A stretch of DNA of 64,000 bases from Eledone cirrhosa (Eukaryota), in assembly GCA_964016885.1 (NCBI GenBank), contig OZ024745.1, positions 96,472,001-96,536,000 on the forward strand, given 5' to 3'. Below the pieces are notes generated by a model. The model saw only the letters and a list, made by a program, of their open reading frames with translations, did not search any database and was not told the origin of the DNA. Shown piece after piece: positions 37,641 to 49,236 of this stretch. Made by a program: the position numbers and the translations under genes. The number at the start of each line of letters is the position of its first letter. Position 1 is the stretch's first letter.

Positions 37641-39773
37641 TCAATGTGGTTGAGTCGTAGGAATGTCAATCAAGTTACAGATCAGATATAATTTCAGGTG
37701 AGCACAACATCTGAAGATCTCGGTCTTGGAGTTCCGGCAAGATGAAGTGGCTTTCCCGTTTTGTAAAATCCTAAATTTTTCAGTGGTACACAAAGAACAA
37801 TTGTTTGTGCCCCTTTGGTACTCCCTCGAATGGTCTAAAATAGACCAATCGATAGAGTACGGGATGTTTTTATCCTTGAATTCCCACACCTTATTTGCGA
37901 GAGCCGTTGCTGTTCTTTTATCGGAGTGTTTAAAAGAAGCGACATGTGCATAAAACCTGGTTTTAAACCTGTCCTGAGTCATGCCAACTTATCGTTCACT
38001 CCTGGCTGGCTGGTTGTTAATTAAAGGTGTCACTTTGGCCTCATATACAACGGATTTGGTGTTAAATTTGCCCTGTAATGGGCATTCATCCGGCTTCCTG
38101 CAACTTCATCCTGGATTTATTCTCGTACGATTAGAATTGGTGATTTTAGACTTCATTGATGGGCAGCAAGGGTAACTGATTTTAACTACATTTCTATTAA
38201 ATATCTTATGGTATCTATGATTAGGAGGAAAATGTTTGTCTAAGAGGTCAAGGAATTTCCTTCCTACATTAGTTTTGACAGTTAGAGAGAAGGGGGGTGT
38301 AAACCAAATAATTTTCCTTTTCCTATTATTGTGGTTAGTTTTAGGGGGAGGAGTAGGTAAATAATTAATGTGTTCTATAAATCCGCTGTTATTAAGGGAT
38401 TTATTATAATAAGGGGCGGCTTGTTTAAAAATGTCTAGAGACGAAGATAAGGTAGAAATACGACGGCTAATGTTGGGAATAAGATTTTTAAAAACTATAG
38501 GGGTATGGCAAGACTCTTTGGGTATATATCTAAGATTTTCGTTAGGTTTATGATTAGGTTTAAAAGAGGCAGTAAGTAGATCAAGATTAATGTAAAAGAA
38601 GTTAGCATTGGTAAGGTTCGTATCTATAGTAATTTTAAGGTTAAGATTAGTAAAAGTATTGATTAAATCTTTACGGAATTTATCAAGGTTATGGCCGTTG
38701 GTGGTAAGAGAAACTGCCAATCCGTCGTCACGGTATAAACCGATATTATGGGGAGGAAATTTCTCTTTAAGAGTGTGGAGAAGGAATAATCCTACTAAGT
38801 CACACACATCCGCATATGAACCCATTGCAACATCAAAAGAGTTTTCAGGGTTTGACTTTTTAACCCAAATACTTTCATTAGTAAAGAGTAGAGTTTTTCT
38901 AGCATGAAAGATAATGTCTTCTTCTAATTTAGAAATATTAATGAAGTGTCTTGCAAAATCTAAGGCTTTAGTTAATAAGTAAACAGTAATAGAGGGGTAA
39001 AAATCAACAATATCAAATTGGGTAAATCTACACTTATTTTTACCTTGTATATTATTAAACCAAGAAATAACAGAGGATGTATTTAACCATTGTGATAAGT
39101 CAGTCTTAGTTCTAATTTGGAGAATTATTTTTCTTAAGATTTTTTTACTTGCAAGGCCAACTTCGGATTTAGCCGGGTTAATCAGTCTACAACTAGGTCG
39201 ATTAGTAAAGTCTAATTTATGGTCTTTGAGGGTAATATATTCTTTACGTTTAGCTAGGCTTTCAATCCGGTTGTCTATTTTTAAAGAACTAGCTAGTTCT
39301 TTAGCTTCTTTATTAATAGTATTGTAGGTGTTATTATTAGTTAATTGATATTTATTGGTGATACTATTAGTAAACAGTTGGTTATACAAAATACTATTAA
39401 CTTCAAAGAGATTTTTAGTTTTATCGAAAAGAACAAAAGTGTTTGTAGAATTTTTAAAATTAGAAATATCGTTAGACAGTTTAGTTTGAAAATTATTATT
39501 GTACTTACGAAATTTCTTATCACTAATTAAATTAACAAGGTCTAATTCGAAGTTGACCATGTCTTTAATTCTAGGTGGGTATTTACGGGATTTTATGTCA
39601 AAACAATCATTAGTATCAGCACTGAATAGTCCATCGTAAACCATTGCCTTCCATCTCATTCTTTTAACGACTTTTTTGATTTTATCTATAAGCAGTTTGG
39701 TATAAGTTGTGTTGGAAGGAGTAGGTATATTTTTGATTGAATAATCCAATTCATAAAACTGTAGAGTGCTCAA
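37641..39773 (-). pseudogene. Penelope-like RT / GIY-YIG polyprotein with two in-frame stops (TGA 38106-38108, TAA 37989-37991)
   Basis: Motifs DYSIKNIPTPS, KRMRWKA, DKT, CRLINPAKS, FDIVDFYPSI, AMGS, LYRDDGL and IIWFTPPFS. Then *SCRKPDECPLQG, VVYEAKV..*VGMT (GIY-YIG), FKTRFYAH and CSLCTTEK, all in the same frame. Confidence 0.88.
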
Positions 39774-40283
39774 CTAGTCGGGCTGGAAAGTGCCAATAAT
39801 ATATGTAATATAGAATATGCTTCAATCAATCCCGATTGGAGCTGTATAAATGAAGTAATTCCGTCGGAAAGGTCCAGGAAAAAATAATTTAGGATTTTAC
39901 AAAACTTGAAATCCACTTCAACTTGCCTGAACTCCAAGACCGAGATCTTCATATGTTGTCCTCACCTGAAATCACATCTGATTTGTAACTCTATTGACAT
40001 TCCTATGATGACTTAACCACCTTGAACTTCTTCTCTGCTCTCTACGCCTTACATCCACTACGATTTTTATTATTTTCTGAACTCACTTTCTGTACTCTTA
40101 TATTTTTTTTCTCCCTTATCTCCCCTTATATTTAAACTTTTTCCTATGTCATTTATTTTCCTTATTTCCCTCCTACTTTCTATCTTACCCTTTACATACC
40201 CACTTTTTTATTTTTAGATATTTATTTCTGTGTGTGTGTGTGTGTGTTGTGTATATGTGTATATAAGTATATATATGTATATG

Positions 40284-40316
<33 letters not shown>

Positions 40317-40387
40317 ATAATTATATATATCTATATGTATATGTATGTGTATATATAATTGTATTTTTTATATGTATCTGTTGTAAT

Positions 40388-40426
<39 letters not shown>

Positions 40427-40431
<5 letters not shown>

Positions 40432-41197
40432 CAATACCCGAATTACTTGATCGTTTTTTTGGCTATGCGAATGATTGTTTAACCATCGTCTCAGTGTGTT
40501 TGGCCTTTAACGTTTGTTATAGCTCTGGTTCATCTGAATCATTGAGCACTTGCCACACATCTCGTAGGTTGCTTTTCATTATTTCGTGGGCCGAAATGCG
40601 AATCTCGATAATTTATGTTTGCATTTATCTCCAGACTCTAGCTATTGACCAGTTAATTTTCTTGATTTTTTAGTTGATTCTATTGACTGATCAATAGCTT
40701 ATGTTAATTTTAACCCTTCTGTTGAGAACTCTATTCGATTTGTGATGTTTTTGCATTCTTGCAAAAATATACACAACTGAATTCATTCGCCTGATATAGG
40801 GGTTGCTTCCCTTGCCGATCCCCACGTGGAGTCAGCAATAGTCAGTCCTTGTATTAACATTGAACTAAAACCTGTTGAGAAAGTGGCTTCCTTGTTCAAT
40901 CATCTTACCAGAAGCCTGACATTATTTATGTAAGCGGACGGTACTTAATTTAGGAGCCGCAGAAACCCAAATACTGGATTTTACCAACCTTCCAGGGGTC
41001 CGGGTAAATTTTCAATACCCGAATTACTTGATCGTTTTTTTGGCTATGCGAATGATTGTTTAACCATCGTCTCAGTGTGTTTGGCCTTTAACGTTTGTTA
41101 TAGCTCTGGTTCATCTGAATCATTGAGCACTTGCCTCACATCTCGGAGGTTGTTTTACGTTATTTCGTGGGCCGAAATGCGAATCTCGATAATTTAT

Positions 41198-41200
<3 letters not shown>
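40427..41200. repeat. ~190-bp direct repeats (40427-40620, 41008-41200) bracketing ~390 bp, inserted in (TA)n
   Basis: TTTTCAATACCCGAATTAC...CTCGATAATTTATGTTT occurs twice with few differences. Confidence 0.9.
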
Positions 41201-41251
<51 letters not shown>

Positions 41252-41487
41252 GTGTGTGTGTGTGCGTATGTATTTTTATTAAGGTGGTGACGTAACTTTT
41301 TGTAGATATGTGTGTGTGTATATGTGTGTTTTTATATATATGTTTGTGTGTATATATATAATAACGCCAGAAACGGCTTGAGCTCTGCTGTCGGGGTCAT
41401 ACTTTTTTCTATATGTATATATATATATATGTATATGTATGTATATGTATGTATATATGTGTGTATTTGTATGGTTGTGTGTGTGTG

Positions 41488-41584
<97 letters not shown>

Positions 41585-41824
41585 GTGTATGTATATGCAT
41601 AATTACATACAGAATGAGTTAATGCATATTTGCATTGATTATTTGCTCCAGGAACTTGTTGAGTGCTCTAAATCAGCTATAAACATTTATACCTTCTCTA
41701 TTTATTTATTTATTTATTTATTATTTGCCGTATTCCCAACTATTTGTTTACCCCTTTCACCTTTTTATTTTTATATATATATATATATAATATTTATGTG
41801 TTTTCTTATATATATATATATATA

Positions 41825-41970
41825 TATATCATAAATCATGTCTATAGAATCAATCAGATATTAAAATATATACTATTTCTTCCTCTAATTAGGTTAATTA
41901 TGCTAATTAGAGGAAGAAATAGTATATATTTTAATATCTGATTGATTCTATAGACATGATTTATGATATA
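41825..41970. repeat. Inverted repeat with ~68-bp arms and a 10-bp spacer
   Basis: 41825-41892 is the reverse complement of 41903-41970. Confidence 0.92.
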
Positions 41971-42076
41971 ATGGTCTGATTTTTTTATTTTAATTTATTA
42001 ATTCTTCATTGAGCTTAAAAGTGAACAGTGTCAACACATATATATATCTTTGATTTAATTTTATGTATATGATAAC

Positions 42077-42136
<60 letters not shown>

Positions 42137-42178
42137 GAATAATCGAGTATCGAAAAATCGGCGCACGAGTTCACGATA

Positions 42179-42281
<103 letters not shown>

Positions 42282-42396
42282 GTATATATATATTTATGTA
42301 TACATATGTGTGCATAATACATCTAAGAATGAGTTTTACACACATACATGTGTGTGTATGTATTTATATGTATGTGTGTGTGTATTTATGTATATA

Positions 42397-42427
<31 letters not shown>

Positions 42428-42489
42428 GTAATAATAATAATAATAATATATATAATAATAATATATAATAATAATATATATATATGTAA

Positions 42490-42925
42490 TAATACTTTCT
42501 TTATTAACCACAAGGGTTTACATAAAGTAGTCATTAAGGATAGTACAGGACAATACAGGACGGTAACAAATGGGCATTTCTGCGTGTAAAAAACAAAAAC
42601 AGAGGATGTCATAAAAATAACAATGAAAAATTCCCCAATAGGGGGGAGACTTCGGAGGGACATTTGTGGAGAAAGCCCATTAAAAGGCCACAGTGACCCT
42701 GACCACCAGGGCAAGTGCCCTCTCCCAGTTTTCCACCTTTAATTTACAGACACATACTCAGAGTAGGCCCAATCACTCGGGCCATTCTTGCTTCTCTCAC
42801 CCATCTTTCAACAAAATGCTGGGAAGAGAGCACTTCCCTCTCTACACTGATTTTCCTTTTCAAATGAAATTTGAAAAAGTTAATCAGGGCATCACCGAAG
42901 AGGTAAGTGCTCGTCTTCAACCCTA
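42490..42925 (-). mobile_element. 3' fragment of a Tx1-like element (same family as 55259-57036)
   Basis: ORF 42744-42935 (FFKFHLKRKISVEREVL...RVIGPTL), a 3' UTR, and AATAAAGAAAG followed by (ATT)-rich sequence on the minus strand. Confidence 0.88.
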
Positions 42926-42959
42926 AAAGCAGCAATTCTTTGCTTAAACTGTTATTTTA

Positions 42960-43003
<44 letters not shown>

Positions 43004-43037
43004 AGATTTGAATGGATACAGTTTAGTTGAAAGGAAT

Positions 43038-43154
43038 TTATTGACACGTGTTTCTATAACAGTTACATAACCTAAAACAGCTATCTACAAACTTTTAGTT
43101 ATGCAGACATTCAATATTTCAATGTTATTATTTACTGTCATTTCATCAGAATAA
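43038..43154 (-). ncRNA. Hammerhead ribozyme motif with a large stem II insert
   Basis: Minus strand: TTATT-CTGATGA-aATGACAG...CTGTTATa-GAAA-CACGTG-TC/AATAA. Confidence 0.7.
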
Positions 43155-43311
43155 TATTACTGAGGACCTATTTAGTTTTTATAGAGAATATTAGGAGGGA
43201 GGGGTGAAGTTGTTAGAAGAATAGTTGAAGGAGTGGTTTTTCGATAGCAGTGAGAATTCTTGGTGGCAGTGAGTAATTAGATTCCCATCTGTTGTTTTGA
43301 CATTTTTTATG

Positions 43312-43360
<49 letters not shown>

Positions 43361-43720
43361 GATATATGTATGTGTATGTATATGCGTATGTATATGTATG
43401 TGTATATGTATGTGTATATGTGTATATGTGTGTGTGTGTATGTATTTATTTATATGTATGTATGTGTATGTGTAATTGTGTGTATTGCTTACCACGTGTG
43501 TTTGTTCATTTATTTGTTTCCTGTATCGCTGTCAACTTCATAATAATTTTTACATTTATTTTTATTCTTGTGACGGCCTATATGGTCGTCCATTATATTT
43601 TGTGTGTGTGTGTGCGTATGTATGTGTGTGTACATTTATCTATATTTGTGTGTGCGTATGTATGCGTGTATATATGTGTGTATGTATGTGTGCGTATGTA
43701 CGTGTGTATATATGTATTAT

Positions 43721-43763
<43 letters not shown>

Positions 43764-44089
43764 GTGTGTGTGTGTATTTGTGTATTTGTGCGTATGTAGT
43801 ATGTATGGATGGATATGTGGATATATATGTGTGTATGTATGTATATGTATATGTATGTGTATTTGTACCTGTATGTATGTGTGTATGTAAGTATATATAT
43901 ATATTTGTATGTAAATATATGTAAGTATATATATATTTATGTATATATGAGTGTGTATGTATATATATATATATATGTGTGTGTGCATGTGTGTTTATTT
44001 TTCCTTTCCTTCTTCCTTTCCCAGCCTCACTTTCATATAGATTATATTTTTGTTTTTAAAATCCAATGTCAATAAATACACCAGGATTT

Positions 44090-44150
44090 TTTCATTCCGA
44101 TGATTGAAAGCAAAATTTGTTTGCTTTCAAGAAACCACTGGTAAATGAAA
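44090..44150 (+). ncRNA. Hammerhead copy in the inverted pLTR, core mutated (CCGATGA)
   Basis: Same stems as 35742-35802 with a U4-to-C change. Confidence 0.7.
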
Positions 44151-44264
44151 TAATTAATAGTTATGTAATAAACAACACTTTGTGTTGTTTATTACATAAC
44201 TATTAAGCTCTGTAACCTACATAGGGCACTCTTTTTTCCTGGACCTTTCCGACGGAATTACGTC

Positions 44265-44317
<53 letters not shown>

Positions 44318-44532
44318 TATATATATATACATATATATCTATATCTATATATATATATACATATGTATATATATAAATAACAGAAAAAAATGAATGGAAT
44401 AACAACAACAACCATATCCAAACAAACAATACAAAGATCGGAATTAAGAGTATTCCGCAGTTCACTGTAATAATAATAATAGTATTAGCTCAAAGAAGAA
44501 TAGAGAATTTACTTCTGAGCTCAAATGCAAGT

Positions 44533-45170
44533 ATATATTACACAAAGAGAAGTGTGTTACACAGTGAGATGTGTGTAAAGAATTATTACAAGTGATTTTA
44601 CCGTTACTGTATAGAGAACAATATCTACAGGTTAGCAATTAAATAGAAAAAAACTAATTCAGAATCAAATCTCTGGATTAGAGTTTTAAATCACAAACCT
44701 TATAACTATATTTTGCTGATACGGATCTCGCTTCGTTTCACCACTTATATGTGAAGTATCAGGTCACAGGATCCTCAGTCAGCAAATGCGAACACTGACC
44801 ACTACACATCTAACCTCATGGATAGAGAGATTGCTAATAGACACGCTGCCCAGAGTAGGGCGAAATCACGTGTTATTTGCATCATATCCATGAGGTTAGA
44901 TGTGCAGTGTTCAGTTTTCGCATTTTGCTGACTGATGACCCATGTGGACTGATACTTCACATATAAGTGGTGAAACGAAGCGAGATCCGTATCAGCAAAA
45001 TATAGTTATAAGGTTTGTGATTTAAAACTCTAATCCAGAGATTTGATTCTGAATTAGTTTTTTTCTATTTAATTGCTAACCTGTAGATATTGTTCTCTAT
45101 ACAGTAACGGTAAAATCCCTTGTAATAATTCTTTACACACATCTCACTGTGTAACACACTTCTCTTTGTG

Positions 45171-45177
<7 letters not shown>
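44533..45177. repeat. Fold-back inverted repeat with ~290-bp arms, a 60-bp spacer and a hammerhead in each arm
   Basis: 44533-44824 is the reverse complement of 44885-45177. Confidence 0.93.
44923..45000 (+). ncRNA. Type I hammerhead ribozyme motif (mirror copy at ~44711-44787, minus)
   Basis: TTTTGCTGA-CTGATGA-[stem II]-GAAA-CG..CG-TA/TCAGCAAAA. The mirror copy has CTGAGGA, so within the core only the free N7 position differs. Confidence 0.72.
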
Positions 45178-45235
<58 letters not shown>

Positions 45236-45424
45236 ATCAAAAGATGCTTAAAAGAGTTCCAAGTATTTTATTATGCGCATTTCAAAAACAAATATCACCA
45301 TGAGATGATATCTGCGTTTTCATCAGATAAAATAGGGATACATGATATCCGGTCCTACAAACTGTAGAGTGCTACTTATCCGATATTTGCATTGCTTTAT
45401 TGTGCTACAATAAAACTCACCTCC

Positions 45425-45520
<96 letters not shown>

Positions 45521-45550
45521 TATATATATATATACATATATATCTATATC

Positions 45551-45582
<32 letters not shown>

Positions 45583-45890
45583 AATAACAGAAAAAAATGA
45601 ATGGAATAACAACAACAACCATATCCAAACAAACAATACTGACTTAAGAGAAATATATATAAATAAATAAATAAATAAATAAATATATACGCAAGTACAA
45701 TTACAACAAACATATAAACACACACTAATAAACAAAGATAGAATACAAAAACCAAAACACATACACCTAAACGCGAACACACACGCCAAATACTATACAC
45801 ACACGCAAACGCATGCGCAGAGACGGAGAAAAAAATAAATAGATAAAATAAAAATGGCGTAAACACGACACAATAGAAGGAAACATGATA

Positions 45891-45944
45891 ATAGTACCAC
45901 TGATGATGTTGCAGATGTGCAACGAAAGAACTTTGTTAGACTAT
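45891..45944 (+). ncRNA. Minimal hammerhead motif
   Basis: ACCA-CTGATGA-t-GTTGCA-gatg-TGCAAC-GAAA-GAAC-TT/TGTT. Stem I has one mismatch. Same family as 60605-60647. Confidence 0.6.
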
Positions 45945-46156
45945 ATATATTTATATCTGTATTTTTGACCGTTGGTCAGTCAGTGATAAACATTGATGGC
46001 CAAATGAATTAACTATGGAGATATAAAAGATGCAGAAGCGAAAACCAATCAAACAGTGAGTGTGTTCTGTTATTATTTCTGGCAATATTATTACAACAAT
46101 ATGACCCTCCCCAAGTATAACAATATATATACATATATATGTATATATGTATATCT

Positions 46157-46245
<89 letters not shown>

Positions 46246-46254
46246 TATATATAT

Positions 46255-46332
<78 letters not shown>

Positions 46333-46407
46333 GTTATTCCGGGTTGAATCGGAGGTAACCACAGTAAGTAAGGTACTCAATACATAGCAGAGTATAACAG
46401 TTTTAAT

Positions 46408-46517
46408 ATAGATGAGATTCTACAGGACTAGAACTGTTTCATTCATTTGAAATCATCAGGAATCAGATTCCTGATGATTTCAAATGAATGAAACAGTTCT
46501 AGTCCTGTAGAATCTCA

Positions 46518-46523
<6 letters not shown>
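46408..46523. repeat. Perfect palindrome (1-nt centre) made of two head-to-head hammerheads
   Basis: ...AAATCATCAGGAATC-A-GATTCCTGATGATTT... with centre at 46465. Confidence 0.93.
46465..46515 (+). ncRNA. Type I hammerhead ribozyme motif (mirror copy at ~46415-46465, minus)
   Basis: AGATTC-CTGATGA-tTTC-aaat-GAAt-GAAA-CAG-ttctagtc-CTG-TA/GAATCT. Confidence 0.75.
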
Positions 46524-46562
<39 letters not shown>

Positions 46563-47039
46563 AATACAATATCGGAGAAAGCTTTTTAGCGATACTCCGG
46601 CCAAATTCAAACTCACTCAACAAACATTAGGAAATAAGTGATTATATTCCCAATTATGCGTTCGGGGTGCTAACTAAAAGTATTGCGTGGAAAATTGGTT
46701 GTATTATTTCATATGGGACATATTTAATATATCTCTTCCCAGACGGACGTCTCGTTTCATTATAGGATTCCTCCAATTTGCGTGAAATTATACCAATTTA
46801 TGTAGGAGCTTGTATACCATCAATAGATATATATTCAAGTGGGCTCCTATAATTCATCAGTGGGTACCCCAATAATACTAATATTGATAATCTAACCAAC
46901 ATCAGTATTTAGCGATAATTATCATCCTCTGTGCCTGAGGTATCTGTCAGGTTGTCAGTCCAGCAGTTCTAAAGAAGTGCTCAAACTGATTAAAAAAATG
47001 AGGAAGTAAATTACCGATATATATATATATATATTTATA

Positions 47040-47573
47040 TTGCGATTGGTGCTCTGAAATAGCGATGTATACATGTATGTATGTATAGTATATTTGGAAA
47101 TATACCGTATGTTTAATTAAAAACATTTTGAAGACCTTGCGCTATCATTTTAAAGTAGTGACTATGTCACTTACTTCATTTTTCGGCAAAGTAGGAGAGA
47201 AGCTGACAGATTCTGTTTCACACTGTTGGTGTTCCTCAAACATACGGTATATTGCCAAATATACTATACATACATTCATGCATACATCGCTATTTCAGAG
47301 CACCAATCACAATTTTTTTATTTTTGCTGGACCGGCAATCGCTCTGTATAATCAGTTCCCGATTATTACTGGAATTCTATAAGAATCCAGCCTCTATAAT
47401 TTTCGGCAAAGGCAGTAGGTTGCTCTGAGGAACACCAACAGTGTGAAACAGAATCTGTCAGCTTCTTTCCCACTTTGCCGTAAAATAAAGTAAGTGACAT
47501 AGTCACTACTTTAAAATGATAGCGCAAGGTCTTCAAAATGTTTTTAATTAAACATACGGTATATTGCCAAATA

Positions 47574-47580
<7 letters not shown>
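47040..47580. repeat. Compound inverted repeat A-B-A'-spacer-B'-A'(part)
   Basis: 47040-47113 is inverted at 47239-47314. 47085-47238 is inverted at 47426-47580. Confidence 0.88.
47400..47485 (+). ncRNA. Canonical type I hammerhead ribozyme
   Basis: GCT-CTGAGGA-ACAC-caaca-GTGT-GAAA-CAG-aat-CTG-TC/AGC, with extended stem I (CGGCAAAG/CTTTGCCG). GUC triplet, predicted cleavage after 47459. Confidence 0.88.
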
Positions 47581-47623
<43 letters not shown>

Positions 47624-48812
47624 CATATATATATTACATATATATATATATTATATATATATATATGTGTGTGCGATGTTGATGTTTTTTTATATATAAT
47701 ATAATATACAAATGTGGAGACAGGAACGCCTATCGAGATTGTCACAATTTGAAATACTTTTAATTCACATATGATGTTAATTTAGTTAGGAAAGGCATGA
47801 AGGGCATAGCATCTCAATCTTAATTCCTCTGAAATAAAGTACATTTTTGACAAGATAAGATAATATTCAGTATGTGTAAAGTATGGTAATTGATCGGGAA
47901 AAGTGGCGATCCATATCAAATGCTGATTCCCTTCCCCCATACGGTGAAACTCAAATTATCTTACATGAATATGTTGAATAGAATTCAAATAACATGCCTG
48001 ATTTCCCCTATCTTTATGTTTTCTATCTCTTAAAAAAAACCCCCAAAAGAACGAGAAATTTTTTTACATGTCCATTCCACTTGTCACTCTACTATGCTAT
48101 TCTACATATCATATTACTTCCTCATATATTATTCAATCATCTCTACATGCCTATCCACATTTCTTAAAATTCTTTTGTTTTTGTATAAAATTACGCAGTT
48201 ATACAGCTGCTTTATACTTATATTGATTTTTAAAAAAGATTTGCAACATTCAAATGTTGTTTTATTGACTAAACAAATGGATGATTATCCTTCTACCCAT
48301 CTCTCATGACTGACTTTATTGCTGCAAATTATAACAATCATCCGTTTATCTTATTCCTTTTTAAAACTTGTCAAATACCTTATACCGATTACTTAATGCA
48401 ACAAAAGCAATATATTTTAACCCCAATATTATCTAATGCATTAAGGAATTTTCGTCTATGATTATCCTCCGGTCAGTTGTTGAAATAAGAATAATTCGTA
48501 CAGCGTAGTGTACTTTTAATGAAATATAGCCTAAAGCATTATTTAATCTCAGCTATTCATTCTGATCGATGTTATCATTACTTAATGTGTCCAAATATAG
48601 AATGATTTATTCAGCATTTAAATAAGTCTTACAATGATATAATTTTAATGTTTTTTAAGGTGGTGGAATGATAGAAACAGTGGTACATGTGACTAAATAC
48701 TTCACACTATTCAATGTTAACTCTTCCATTCATAGTGCTATTTCATCCGAACCGATTCTTGGACAATACCAGTAATATAGAATGCAAACAGTCATAACTC
48801 TTATCTATAAAT

Positions 48813-49221
48813 TATTGGAATTTCGTATTCCTAAAGAAATACGGTATGTTTATAGATAAACATTTAGAAAGCCGTAGCTATGCAAAACACTGGAGCTATC
48901 GTCCTCTGGTGGTATCCAACAGAAGTAAGGGCGACAATCGTCGATGCATTTGGAACCTAACTGGTTCTCATCAGGACGATCCCTCCCACATTTGCGACTG
49001 TTGGACTTGAAAACAGGCGAGAATATATGGTTTTCTCGTCTGTGTAAATGAGGTGATTAATCTCAATTGCATATGAAGCTGCATAAGTTGGCTCAACTTA
49101 CAATAGAATAGAATTAGGATTTAGGTTCATGCATAACTGTATACAGATATGTATTGGAATTTCGTATTTCTAAAGAAATATGGTATGTTTATAAATAAAG
49201 ATTTAGAAAGCCGTAGCTATG
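48813..49221 (-). mobile_element. Retrozyme-like unit: 340-bp period with a ~69-bp terminal direct repeat and an internal hammerhead
   Basis: TATTGGAATTTCGTATT...GAAAGCCGTAGCTATG occurs at 48813-48881 and 49153-49221. HHR at 48936-48981 (-). Confidence 0.65.
48936..48981 (-). ncRNA. Minimal hammerhead motif with a G12C change
   Basis: Minus strand: ATCGTC-CTGATGA-GAACC-agtta-GGTTC-CAAA-TGCA-TC/GACGAT. Confidence 0.72.
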
Positions 49222-49236
49222 TATTTTGTGCCAATT

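Larger units (their letters stand above)
35713..39885 (-). mobile_element. Penelope-like element (RT + GIY-YIG, possibly Naiad-like) with a long microsatellite-rich 3' pLTR
   Basis: One reading frame runs from 39773 to 37641. The 3' region ends in a hammerhead motif at 35742-35802 abutting (TA)n. Confidence 0.85.
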
